Positions 29,011 through 39,073 are shown, counted from the first letter of the stretch. The stretch is DNA of 64,000 bases from an uncultured Chloroflexia bacterium (GCA_963797095.1 CAWCNY010000002.1:704001-768000), one strand, 5' to 3'. Numbers and translations: made by a program. The notes: a model not told the origin generated them from the letters alone.

Positions 29011-29657
29011 GCGATCCGATCACCATCTTGATCGTCGATGATCATGCCGTCGTGCGGCGCGGAGCGCGGGCATTCCTCGAAGCCCAGCCTGATTTCGCCG
29101 TCGTAGGTGATGTCAGCTCTGGCGGCGAAGCAGTGTTACTGGCGGCCGACCTGGCCCCCGACGTCGTGCTGATGGATCTGGTGATGCCGGGCATGGGCGG
29201 CGTGGAGGCGACGCGGCGGCTAAAACAGAAGAGCCCCTGCTCACAGGTTATAGTGCTGACCTCGTATCATGAGGACGAGCATATCTTTCCGGCCATCCGT
29301 GCCGGCGCGTTTTCTTATCTCCTCAAAGATATCAGCCTGCCCGATCTAGCCGACGCCATCCGCAAAGCGGCGCGCGGCGAGGTCGTGATGCATCCTGGCA
29401 TCGCTGCCCGTGTCGTGCAAGAGCTGGATGGCGCGTCGCATCATGACATGGCCAGCTTCGCCCAACTGAGTGAGCGCGAACGGGAAGTACTGCACCTGAT
29501 CGCCGAGGGGCTGAGCAACGCCGACATCGCCGCGCGGCTCGTTCTCAGCGAAAAGACTGTGAAAAGCCATGTGCGCAATATTCTCAGCAAGTTGCACCTC
29601 GCCGACCGCACGAAGGCCGCCATCTTTGCCTGGCGCCAGGGGTTGATGGGAAACTGA
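29007..29657 (+). CDS. NarL/LiaR-family response regulator
   Basis: IVDDH, DVVLMDLVMP, YLLK, LSEREREVL..EKTVKSHVRNILSKL. Confidence 0.95.
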   Translation: MSDPITILIVDDHAVVRRGARAFLEAQPDFAVVGDVSSGGEAVLLAADLAPDVVLMDLVMPGMGGVEATRRLKQKSPCSQVIVLTSYHEDEHIFPAIRAGAFSYLLKDISLPDLADAIRKAARGEVVMHPGIAARVVQELDGASHHDMASFAQLSEREREVLHLIAEGLSNADIAARLVLSEKTVKSHVRNILSKLHLADRTKAAIFAWRQGLMGN

Positions 29658-29887
29658 GTGGAAGAGCATCCTCAGCTACCTAGCCAGGGTTTTGCGCATC
29701 CCACGTGGGAGGGCGCAAGTAGACAGAGACAGCACCGTCTGCTATACTGGGCGCGTTCGGGTCAGTGGTGTGATCGGATCGTCGAGGTCCGACTCCGACG
29801 AGAGATCTGACTGAACTTGTCGACTTGGCACCTTCCTTGACATCTTCGACATCTTCGCTCCATCTGTTTCCTCTTGGAGGTTGGCTC

Positions 29888-30289
29888 ATGAAGGGCCCCA
29901 TGAACGGCGATGAATTGCGCGCCTCTCGCCTGCGATTTCTCCAAGCTCGGCAGGCCGGTCAATCCTGGCACGACGCCCTGCTTACCGCTGGCCTGCCCAT
30001 AGGCCGCTCCACTGCCTATGCCCTGGAGCATCGGGTGAGAGTGCAAGGTGAGGAGGCTCTGGTCGACCATCGCCATGGTCACCCCTCCAAGTTCCGAGAA
30101 GACGTTCGCACCTGGTTAGAAGCCATCTGCCGTGCTCACCCTGAGTATCCCAGTGGGCGGATCCAACAAGAACTGGCCTCCCAGTTCGACCTGAGTGTCA
30201 GCACAAGCCAGATTAATCGTGTGCGGGTCTCCCTTGGCGTGCGATATCAGCGTCAGCCTCCAAAATCAAAACCCAAAAAAAGTCGCTGA
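29888..30289 (+). CDS. Transposase-associated HTH protein (OrfA)
   Basis: RSTAY..GEEALVDHRHGHPSK..IQQELASQFDLSVSTSQINRVR; ends just after an A7 run. Confidence 0.75.
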   Translation: MKGPMNGDELRASRLRFLQARQAGQSWHDALLTAGLPIGRSTAYALEHRVRVQGEEALVDHRHGHPSKFREDVRTWLEAICRAHPEYPSGRIQQELASQFDLSVSTSQINRVRVSLGVRYQRQPPKSKPKKSR

Positions 30290-32399
30290 ACCAAGAGCCC
30301 CAGACCAAGGAGGGGTGGGTGGACGGTGCTGGGGGATTGTTGCTGTTGGCTGCCGTGCATTCTACGGGTCTGGTCACCACTCTGACTACCGCCGCTGCCG
30401 CTGCTCCAGGGAACCCAGGCTCAAGGGTCTGTGGGCCGACGCAGGGTGCCCTGCCGGGTACGCGCTGGTTTCCGAGGATTCCCCGTTTGCTGGGGGCTAC
30501 CTTCCGGGCGCTGTTACTCACTCTTCTCTTCCTGACTGCCGTTGGCTTACGCCGCCCCTGGGATCTACGCTCATACACAGGTGATGCTCTCGGTCTGCTC
30601 ACCGGGCGCTCTCGTGCCTATGGCTATCGCATCGTCGAGGATTTCCTGTTAGCACTCGCTCGCTTGGGTGCTGCTGTACGATTGACCACGGCCTTGGCTC
30701 GCTGGACCGCTACTGTGTGGACGCCTGACATAACTCCGAACCCCACTGGTCCTTTGGTTCCTGAGACGTCTGTAACTCCCATGGTCGTGTACATTGACGG
30801 CCACCGCAAACCACTGTACACCGACGCCTGCATACCCAGAGGCCTGATCGGGCGTACCGGCAAAATCCTGGGCTGTCGGGCGCTGACATTGCTGCACGAT
30901 GAATGGGGTCATGTGCTGCTCGCCACTACCCACCGAGGAGACCAGCACCTGACCGTGGGTGCTCCCTCTATCCTCACGACCTACGAACAGGCCAATCCCC
31001 ATCTGCGTCTCGCCCAGATCGTAGTGGACCGAGAGGGGATGAGTGCCAGTTGGCTGGCACAGCGGGTACATGAAGGACGCACGGTAATCACCGTGTTACG
31101 TCGTGACCAATACAAGGGCCCCGAGTCCTTCACCGATATTGGAGATTTCAAGCCTCTGGAGATGGACGCCAGTGGCCGGGTAGTGCGTGAGGTAGCCCCA
31201 GCACTCTTCCTATTAGATGTACCCTCCTCACCCTCCTCACCCTCCTCACCCTCCTCACCCTCCTCACCCTCCTCACCCTCCTCACCCTCCTCACCAGGCC
31301 AACCAGGAGGGGCCGCCCAAGCGCCTCCACCCCTTCCCCTGAGCGTGGCCTTGATCCGCGACCACCGTTGGCGGGAACCAGTGACCCAATCCACCGACTC
31401 GGAACGGGTGCGTTGGACGGCAGATCTGGCATGGGAGGCACAGTGCTGGTGGGAAGCTGACTGGAAGGCTCCACCCGCCCCGCCAGGACCAACCCAGCCC
31501 CACCTGATCCCCATTGTCAGCACCGCCGGCGACGCGGAGACACGCGATGCCGTGGGCCTGGCTCAACTGTATACCAAGCGCTGGCCCGTGCAGGAAAACG
31601 TGATAAAGGATTGGCTATTGCCGTTGGGGTTCGATAGCAATCACGGCTACACCAAAAGGGAGGTAGCCAACTCGGAAGTGGGCAAGGCGCGGACTGCTCT
31701 GGAAGGGAGGCGAGACCGATTGGAGAGGTGGGCTGCGAGGGCACGCAAGCGCTATGGCCAATTGGATCGGAAAGTGGAGAAGCTGGGAGGGGAGCGCCGC
31801 TCACGGGGAGAAGAACTGTACCGGGAACTGAACCGGTTGCAAGACGAGTTGGACGCGCAAGGTATGGCTTGTTGGGAAGTGAAGCGGACGTCCGCGAGCG
31901 CAAAGGGGTGATTGACAGGGAACTGGGGGAGTTGAATGAGCGTTGGTGGGCAGCAGAGGGGGAGCAGAGAAAGGAATGGCGCAAGCTGGAGGGGCCCTGC
32001 CAGGAACAGAGGAAGGTGCTGAGGCAGTTGGAGGACCTGACAGCACGAGAGCGGAGGATGTACGAGGTGGGGAATGACAGAGACCAGATCATGACGGTGT
32101 GTAAGGTGGCGGTGACAACGCTGGGGATGTATGTGAGGGACCGGTGGTTCCCCGAGAGCTATGCAACAGCAACCTGGGGTCGTTTGGCACCATTCTTCGC
32201 GTTGAGGGGGCGGGTACGTTGGGAGAAGGAGTGGGTGCAGGTGGAGTTGAGACCGTTCAACGACGTGCAGATGAACCGGGATCTGGGAGCACTTTGTACG
32301 AGGTTAGCCAAGAGGGAGGCAAGGCTGCCCGATGGGGGGAGGCTGATCTTCTCTGTAGGCTCGGACAGTCGTCCACGTTCAGATGCGTACGGACCGTGA
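30280..32399 (+). pseudogene. DDE transposase catalytic ORF (OrfB), split by a 1-nt deletion at ~31890
   Basis: YIDGH, VVDREG, KRWPVQENVIK as D-D-E candidates; long coiled coil; restoring ACG(G)TC joins EVKRT to VRERKGVIDREL. Confidence 0.72.
31222..31293 (+). repeat. In-frame VNTR (CCCTCCTCA)x8 encoding (PSS)8
   Basis: Eight perfect 9-bp units counted. Confidence 0.95.
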
Positions 32400-32508
32400 G
32401 GGATGCGCAAAGCCCTGCCATGGCCTTTGGCCGTGTGCAATGGACTGCTGACCATATTCGATCTGCTATAATCCTGCCGAGATAGAGAGACAATAAAGGA
32501 AGATAGTA

Positions 32509-33174
32509 GTGCCCGATCCCAACCCCGACCAGAACGCCAAATCTGAGGCAATGAACACCCACAGAGAGCACAAAGAAAATGATCGATCTGGAGCATCTGC
32601 GGAGACAGAGATAGTAGCAGAGGAAAAGTTGGTGCCAACTGGCTATCAGGAGTTCCTGGTCGAGGTCAAGCAACGCATTCAAGAGGCTCAGGTGCGGGCG
32701 GTACTCGCCGTCAACCGCGAGCTGGTGCTCCTCTACTGGCAGATCGGGCGTGATATTCTGCGCCGACAGGAAGAACAGGGTTGGGGTGGTAAGGTGATTG
32801 ACCGGCTGGCAGCCGATCTGCGGCGGGCTTTCCCCGAGGTGAGCGGCTTTTCAAAGCGCAACCTGCAATATATGCGCGCCTTCGCCGATGCCTACCCGGA
32901 CGAGCAAATTGTGCACCAAGCTGGTGCACAAATACCATGGCGCCATAACGTCTATCTGCTCGACGCAATCAAGGATCGCACCGAGCGGGATTGGTATATT
33001 CGCAAGACTATCGAGAACGGCTGGAGCCGGGCCGTGCTCATGCATCAAGTGGAAACCGGCCTGTACAGCCGCCAGGGCAAAGCCCTCGACAACTTCGCCT
33101 CTGTGTTGCCACCGCCCGACTCCGATCTCACCCGCCAACTGCTCAAGGACCCTTACGGAAAGTCTTCTTTCTAG
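32509..33174 (+). pseudogene. DUF1016/YhcG-like protein truncated before its PD-(D/E)XK nuclease domain
   Basis: AVNRELVLLYWQIG, GWGGKVIDRLAADL, GFSKRNLQYMR, ENGWSR; stops just after LLKDPY. Confidence 0.85.
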
Positions 33175-33363
33175 GCGAGGCGACCTTATCTTGCCGCCGG
33201 GCGGTTGCGTATTAGCCTTTCGCGTAGCATTCTCTACTTAACCTTAACTCCCGAAATGCCCAATTGGTTTCATTTCGTGAGTAATTCAATACTCTGATCC
33301 TACTGGAGTTTTCCAACACTTTGCACCCTCAAGAGCGCCTGGCGTGCTGTATAATATCGGTCA

Positions 33364-34239
33364 ATGAGCTTCAAAGCCCAGCTCTATCTGATGCTCGCCC
33401 CTTTCGTGATCGGGCTAATTGTGCTGGTGGCAATCCCGGCCATCGGCAGTCTTGCCGTTTCCTTCTTCGACTACTCTCCACTCCGCCCTACCGAATTCCC
33501 CCCTGTCGGCTTCAAGCAATTCCTCGCTCTAGGCTCAGACCCCCTCTTCTGGACTGCGCTCGGCAATTCCCTCACATACACCCTTATATCGGTCCCCTTG
33601 CGCATGGTCGGCGCGCTCGGCCTTGCCCTCTTCCTTGAGCGCAGGCGGCGCGGCATAGGTGCCTATCGCTCTGCCGCCTACCTCCCAACCATCATCCCCG
33701 ACGTAGCCTATGGCCTCACCTGGCTCTGGATTTTCAATCCCCTTTTCGGCCCGATGAGCCAGATATTGCGTTCCTTCGGCCAGGGCAACCAGGCATGGCT
33801 CCTCGATCCCACGGGCGCGCGCTCCATAGTGATCACCATGGGCGCGTTCCAGATCGGTGAGGGCATCGTCATCATGCTCGCCGCTCTGCGCGACATCCCC
33901 CGCGACCTCTACGATACCGCCCTGGTCGATGGCGCAGGCTGGTGGGCGCGCCTTCGCTCCCTCATCCTCCCCATCATCGCCCCCACCTTCCTCCTCCTCA
34001 CATTTCGCACCACCGTCGTCACCCTACAGGACAACTTTTCTCCTGCCTTCATAGTCACCAAGGGCAACCCCTACTACGCCACCTATTACCTCCCCTACAA
34101 AATTTACGTGGATGCCTTCCAGAACTTCAGGTTCAGCTATGGCGCTGCTATGGTCCTATTCATGTATGTCGCCACCGCCCTGATCGTCCTTGTTCAATAC
34201 CTGACCACCCGCCGCTGGAGCGTCGCCGCCTATGAGTAA
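33364..34239 (+). CDS. Carbohydrate ABC transporter permease (MalF/UgpA-like)
   Basis: YRSAAYLPTIIP, LAALRDIPRDLYDTALVDGA EAA loop. Confidence 0.9.
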   Translation: MSFKAQLYLMLAPFVIGLIVLVAIPAIGSLAVSFFDYSPLRPTEFPPVGFKQFLALGSDPLFWTALGNSLTYTLISVPLRMVGALGLALFLERRRRGIGAYRSAAYLPTIIPDVAYGLTWLWIFNPLFGPMSQILRSFGQGNQAWLLDPTGARSIVITMGAFQIGEGIVIMLAALRDIPRDLYDTALVDGAGWWARLRSLILPIIAPTFLLLTFRTTVVTLQDNFSPAFIVTKGNPYYATYYLPYKIYVDAFQNFRFSYGAAMVLFMYVATALIVLVQYLTTRRWSVAAYE

Positions 34240-35140
34240 CAGGTCCACAATCCACACAGGCCCCTACGGGCCGCACCCGACCAGCCTCCTCGAGCGCATC
34301 AGGGCTTTCGGCTGGCACATTCTCGCCCTCCTTATTAGCGCCATATTCCTCATCCCCCTGGCGACCATGTTTGTAGGCTCCCTCCGCAAGCCCGGCCTCC
34401 CCCCGCCCCGTGGCATCGAATGGCTCCCCAACCCCCTTTCCTGGAGCAACTACGCCGATGTCTTCAACCTGGTCGAAATGGGCCGCTACTTGCTGAATAG
34501 CCTCGTCGTAGAGCTAATGGCCGTCCCTATCACCCTCCTGATAGCCTCCTGGGCAGGCTTTGCCCTCGCCCAACTCCCCCAGCGATTTGCCCGCCGCATC
34601 ATAGTGGCCTCCCTCCTGATCCTCCTTCTCCCCGAAACCGCCCTCTGGGTCAGCCGCTTCATCCTCTACAAGCTCGCCCACATCATCGACACCCCATTCG
34701 CCCTCGTGGCCCCCAGCCTCCTCGGCACCAGCCCCCTCTATATGCTCGTCTTCTACTGGACCTTCAGGCGCGTCCCCTCCGAAACTTGGGAGGCCGCCCG
34801 CATCGACGGCGCTGGCGCTTTCAGAACCTGGTGGTCTATCGGTGTTCCGCTCGGGCGTGCCGCCTTCGCCGCCATAGGCGTGCTCTCGTTCGTCTACTAT
34901 TGGCGCGAGTTCCGCGAGCCTCTCCTCTACATCCAGGACACCGCCAAATACACAGTCTCGGTCGGCCTCGCCTACCTCGAGCAGCTCGACCCCACCAATC
35001 TCCCTATCCTCCTTGCAGGCTCCGTGATCGTCACCCTCCCCATCATTATCATCTTCCTCATAGCCCAACCCTACTTCCTCGAAGCCCCCGAACGCGCAAC
35101 CAGGGCCACCGAAACCCCCAACCCAAGAACCAGGCGTTAG
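34232..35140 (+). CDS. Carbohydrate ABC transporter permease (MalG/UgpE-like)
   Basis: WSNY..YLLNS..AGFALA, VPSETWEAARIDGA EAA loop. Confidence 0.9.
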   Translation: MSNRSTIHTGPYGPHPTSLLERIRAFGWHILALLISAIFLIPLATMFVGSLRKPGLPPPRGIEWLPNPLSWSNYADVFNLVEMGRYLLNSLVVELMAVPITLLIASWAGFALAQLPQRFARRIIVASLLILLLPETALWVSRFILYKLAHIIDTPFALVAPSLLGTSPLYMLVFYWTFRRVPSETWEAARIDGAGAFRTWWSIGVPLGRAAFAAIGVLSFVYYWREFREPLLYIQDTAKYTVSVGLAYLEQLDPTNLPILLAGSVIVTLPIIIIFLIAQPYFLEAPERATRATETPNPRTRR

Positions 35141-35252
35141 CAACCAACAACCAATAACTCGGAACTCGGAACTATATTTAGTACAAACTCCACCCCCATA
35201 AAGGACCAACGTCTTATTGTGTTACAACTGTTGCCGGGGCTAAGATCAAACC

Positions 35253-36086
35253 ATGCACATCATGGACAAAACCGATCCCGGCACCTATAAGCGTCCCCGC
35301 GCGGTCCACAACTCTTCCCACAAGTTCACCCTTCCTACCCTCGCGCCCTTCCTACGCATAATTGCCATTCTCATTCTCGCCGCTCTCGTATACATGAACC
35401 GGGGGCTTTTCGGCTTTTCTGTCGGCCCCAAGCCCGACTGCGCCACCGATGCCCAGTTCGGCCTCGGCCAATTCGACCAGATAATCGCCAACTGCAACGA
35501 AGCCATAGACCAGGACTCCCAGAATGCCTCTGCTTACAACAGCCGTGCCCTCGCCTACTACGGCAAAGGCGACTACCAGCAGGCCCTTCTCGACCTCAAC
35601 AAGTCCCTCCAGCTGGACCCTAAATCCGCCGCGGCCTACTGGAATCGCGGCCAGATTTACCTCGACAAGGAAAACTACAACCTTGCTATCCCTGACTTCA
35701 CAAACTCCATTCAGCTGGCACCCGACAAACCCAAAGCCTACCTCAGCCGTGCCTGGGCCTATTACTTCGTCGGCGACGGCGACTTTGCCCTCGCTGACGC
35801 TCAACAAGCAGTCGATCTCGACCCCGGCAACGTAGAAGCCTACTATGTGCGCGGCCTTATCTACACCGGGCTGGGCTCCTTTGGCCTCGCCATGGCCGAC
35901 TTCAACGCGGCCCTGGACCTCGCGCCCAACGACGCTGATATACTCTACAACCGGGCTAACGTCTACGCGCTCCAGGGCGATAAAGCCAGCGCCATCGCCG
36001 ACCTCAACAAAGTTCTCACCATTACCGACGATCCCGACCTCCAAAAAGACGTAAACGACGCTCTCAAGCAACTCGGCTCCAACTAG
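35253..36086 (+). CDS. Membrane-anchored TPR protein
   Basis: One TM helix followed by ~6 TPRs (AYNSRALAY, AYWNRGQIY, AYYVRGLIY). Confidence 0.88.
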   Translation: MHIMDKTDPGTYKRPRAVHNSSHKFTLPTLAPFLRIIAILILAALVYMNRGLFGFSVGPKPDCATDAQFGLGQFDQIIANCNEAIDQDSQNASAYNSRALAYYGKGDYQQALLDLNKSLQLDPKSAAAYWNRGQIYLDKENYNLAIPDFTNSIQLAPDKPKAYLSRAWAYYFVGDGDFALADAQQAVDLDPGNVEAYYVRGLIYTGLGSFGLAMADFNAALDLAPNDADILYNRANVYALQGDKASAIADLNKVLTITDDPDLQKDVNDALKQLGSN

Positions 36087-36256
36087 CAGCCCCCATAAAT
36101 GCAAGAAGAGATGTCGGATCCCTTTGTGGGCGATCCGTCGCATAAAAGTCACACAGGCGTAGACATTGATACACCCATTGTGGCAATCCTATCCATAAAG
36201 ATGCCGTTTGTAAGGACATCCTGGTAGATGCCCTGCCACAATGCCACCCCATATAG

Positions 36257-36488
36257 TCCCAAAGAGACGCAAGAACATAGCCCAGGGCGTAAGCCCTGTG
36301 GATCGTACGCCACCCAAGCAAGTAGTCCCGTAGGGACGTCGGAGAATTAGCATTGCATCATACAGGACCGGAGTGCTTGTTCTTACGCCCCTGCGAGGCT
36401 ATGGCATTATCTCGGGCTTAACACAGGGCTTACGCCCTGGGCTATGCTCTTACGTCCCTACGGGACTACTTGCTTGGGTGGCGTACGA
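36257..36488. repeat. BIME/REP-like composite palindromic cluster
   Basis: 25-bp block 36276-300 is inverted at 36422-446 and 37-bp block 36303-339 is inverted at 36452-488; internal palindromes CAGGGCGTAAGCCCTG and GTCCCGTAGGGAC. Confidence 0.85.
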
Positions 36489-36590
36489 GCGTGCCGCGAA
36501 CTCGCACCATTTCTCCCATAGTGGTATGCTACTACTGATTATTTGATTATTCCACCTGGAACCCTCACCACCAACAGGAGGATCCCCACA

Positions 36591-37598
36591 ATGGCAGTCA
36601 AATTCGGCGTACTCGTTCCCCAGGGCTGGCATTTCGACCTCGCAGACATAGAAGGCCCCGAAGAGCAGTTCGAGGCCATGATCCGCGTAGGCAAAGAGGC
36701 CGAACGCCTCGGCGTCGACTTAATCTGGCTCTACGACCACTTCCACACCGTCCCTGCCCCCGAATTGGAGACCAACTTCGAATGCTGGATGTGCACCTCT
36801 GCCCTCGCTCGCGAGACCTCTACCGTCCGCATCGGCCAGCTTGTCACCTGCAACAGCTACCGCAATCCCGCCCTCCTAGCCAAAATGGCCTCTACAATGG
36901 AGGTCATGAGTTACGGTCGCCTCGACTTCGGCATTGGCGCGGGTTGGTACGACCATGAATACAACGCCTACGGCTACCCTTACCCCGACGGCCCTGAGCG
37001 CCTTCGCATGTTAGGCGAAGCCCTCCAGATCATCCACGCCATGTGGAGCGAACCATACGCCACCTTCGAAGGCAAATACTATACCATCAACGGCGCGATC
37101 AACGAGCCTAAGGGCGTCCAGAAGCCCCACCCGCCCATCTGGATCGGCGGCGGTGGCGAGAAAGTCACCCTTCGCCTCGTAGCCAAATACGGCGATGCCT
37201 GCAACATCGGCGGCATCAACCCCGAAGTCTACCGCCATAAATTCGACGTGGTTCGCCAGCACTGCGAAAACCTGGGCCGCGACTACAACTCCATCATCAA
37301 ATCCGCCGAAGTCTTCACCCACGTAGTCCTCCCCGGCCAGACCCCCGAAACCGCCACCGCCAAACCCCGCCGCGACCTCGCCCGTCTCGTCGGCCACGAT
37401 GTATCATTCGAAGAGTTCCGCGACAACAGCTACCGTGGCTACCCCCAGGGCATTACAGGCTCACCCCAGCAAATCATCGACACCTACGGCAAGATCATCG
37501 ACGCGGGCGCGGAATACATCATCGCCTACCTATCCAACATAGTCCATCTCGAAACCCTCCAGGCCTTCGCCGAAGAAGTAGTTCCGGCCTTCCGCTAA
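36591..37598 (+). CDS. LLM-class (luciferase-like) probable F420-dependent oxidoreductase
   Basis: WLYDHFH, YRNPALLAKMAST, GRLDFGIGAGW, QKPHPPIWIGGGGEKVTL; AGGAGG RBS. Confidence 0.92.
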   Translation: MAVKFGVLVPQGWHFDLADIEGPEEQFEAMIRVGKEAERLGVDLIWLYDHFHTVPAPELETNFECWMCTSALARETSTVRIGQLVTCNSYRNPALLAKMASTMEVMSYGRLDFGIGAGWYDHEYNAYGYPYPDGPERLRMLGEALQIIHAMWSEPYATFEGKYYTINGAINEPKGVQKPHPPIWIGGGGEKVTLRLVAKYGDACNIGGINPEVYRHKFDVVRQHCENLGRDYNSIIKSAEVFTHVVLPGQTPETATAKPRRDLARLVGHDVSFEEFRDNSYRGYPQGITGSPQQIIDTYGKIIDAGAEYIIAYLSNIVHLETLQAFAEEVVPAFR

Positions 37599-37670
37599 GC
37601 CGTGACGGATCGCTAAGTGCAAGAGAAACATTCGGAGCAACAGATTCAAGTTCACAAATCCACAATCTGT

Positions 37671-37887
37671 TTCTAAAATAAGCAAAAATGGCGGCGGAGC
37701 CGCCATTTTTGCTTATTTTAGTAGGCCCCTCCCATTGGGGCTTACAAGGGTAGGTTTCTGAAAAGGGGTGCAGGGGTCCTCCCCTGACAGGGGAATTGGG
37801 GGTGAGGGGTGTTCGCACGCACCCCGAAGGATTCCACCGAAGACCTACCCTTGTAAGCCCATTGGGGAGGGGTTGGGGTGGGGCCTC
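37671..37887. repeat. Dispersed hairpin/REP-like element, copy 2 (interrupted by a MITE)
   Basis: Perfect 23-bp stem 37673-95/37699-721 with GGA loop, then CCCCTCCC[ATTG]GGGAGGGGTTGGGGTGGGG. Confidence 0.85.
37738..37860. mobile_element. 123-bp MITE
   Basis: Perfect 18-bp TIRs GGGCTTACAAGGGTAGGT / ACCTACCCTTGTAAGCCC; 4-bp ATTG direct repeat on both sides (37734-37, 37861-64). Confidence 0.85.
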
Positions 37888-38078
37888 CAAGGGCATTCCC
37901 CCTCAGTTCGACGCACGACCTAAGCCGCCGAAGGCTCTTATCCCCACGAAACGCCAGGATTTTCACCCTCTATCCACCCAAAACCATTATCATATTTACC
38001 CCGCTGTGCTAGCCTATAAACGAAAGCGACGCATAAGCGTCCCCTTTGTACGCCCTATCGCCAATGAGGGTAAATGTA

Positions 38079-38738
38079 ATGCCAACCGACACTCTTCTTT
38101 CACCTCCCCAACAACAAAGCACCGAGCAGCCGCCCATCGAGAAAAGCACACAACTCCCCCAATTCATGGCGGGTGACGTCGTCCTCTTCGCCGCTCGGGG
38201 CGACCTCTACGGCATTGTCGGTCGCTGGATAATGCGCACGCGCGGCGAAGGCCCTACCTATGCCGTCCACACAGCCCAATTCCTCGACGCAGGCAGATAC
38301 ATCGAGCTAGACCTAGTCGGGAAAATAAAGCCCACCGAACAAATCCTCAAAGCGCACCAATCCCACGACATATGGAAGCGCAGGGGCTTCGAGGTATGGC
38401 GCTCTACATCCCTCGACGACGAGCAGCGCCAGGCCGTCACCGACAAAGCGCTCATCTATGTCGGTGCTTGGTTCGGCTGGGCCAAATTCGTTACCCACTT
38501 CCTCGACGGCCTGATCGACAAACTCATGGGCAAGGAAGTCTTCTTCTTTCGCCGTCTCAACCACGACCAGCGCTACCCAATCTGCTCCTGGATCACCTCG
38601 TTCTCCTACGACCGCGCCATCCACTACCAGTTCGGCGTCCCACCCGAATGCGCTGACCCCGACGAGATCGCCGACTGGCTAACCTCCCACCCCGACGAAT
38701 GGCAGTGCGTCTTCCACCTCGAAGACTACTCAACCTAA
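38079..38738 (+). CDS. Hypothetical protein, possibly permuted papain-like NlpC/P60 (YaeF/YiiX-like)
   Basis: AGDVVLF..HTAQF..ALIYVGAWFG..ICSWITSFSY..PDEI; His precedes Cys. Confidence 0.6.
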   Translation: MPTDTLLSPPQQQSTEQPPIEKSTQLPQFMAGDVVLFAARGDLYGIVGRWIMRTRGEGPTYAVHTAQFLDAGRYIELDLVGKIKPTEQILKAHQSHDIWKRRGFEVWRSTSLDDEQRQAVTDKALIYVGAWFGWAKFVTHFLDGLIDKLMGKEVFFFRRLNHDQRYPICSWITSFSYDRAIHYQFGVPPECADPDEIADWLTSHPDEWQCVFHLEDYST

Positions 38739-39073
38739 GTTGTACCCCTCACTATTTCAATGATCTTAGCAGTAATCTCGTCCATCCTGTCGGCTGTCAG
38801 TGTCGCAGCCTTATACAAAACGATGCTCGAGTTTGCAGTGAATAAGCGATTTGGTCGTGCATAACTTTCTTGCTTCAATCCGCCCACGCTAAAGTCGGCA
38901 GCTCCGATAGATATCGAATAACCATCAGATCTGGATTGGCTTGTTATCTGGCAAACGATTAGGTCATCACCGATCAACTCGGCTACGATCACTGCGGGAC
39001 GGCGTTTTGCTGAACTCAGATCTGAGAACGGAAAAGGAAGAACGACTATATCTCCCTTTACAAATGCGCCCAT
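38735..39073 (-). CDS. PemK/MazF-family toxin
   Basis: KGDIVVLPFPFSDLSSAKRRPAVI..CQITSQ..GGLKQESYARP. Confidence 0.92.
   Translation of the reverse strand: MGAFVKGDIVVLPFPFSDLSSAKRRPAVIVAELIGDDLIVCQITSQSRSDGYSISIGAADFSVGGLKQESYARPNRLFTANSSIVLYKAATLTADRMDEITAKIIEIVRGTT

Larger units (their letters stand above)
29685..32417 (+). mobile_element. 2733-bp IS-like element with HTH ORF and large DDE transposase; family not assignable by eye
   Basis: 18-bp TIRs CAGGGTTTTGCGCATCCC (29685-702) / GGGATGCGCAAAGCCCTG (32400-417), 17/18 match; the transposase stop abuts the right TIR; no clear TSD. Confidence 0.8.

Noticed and set aside
29760-32453. Alternative IS ends GGTCAG..CTGACC
   Set aside because: Only ~8/10 match; the 17/18-bp pair at 29685/32417 is much better and abuts the transposase stop
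6326-33320. Prophage or conjugative element
   Set aside because: No structural phage, relaxase or T4SS genes; only IS, intron and recombinase relics with regulatory and efflux cargo
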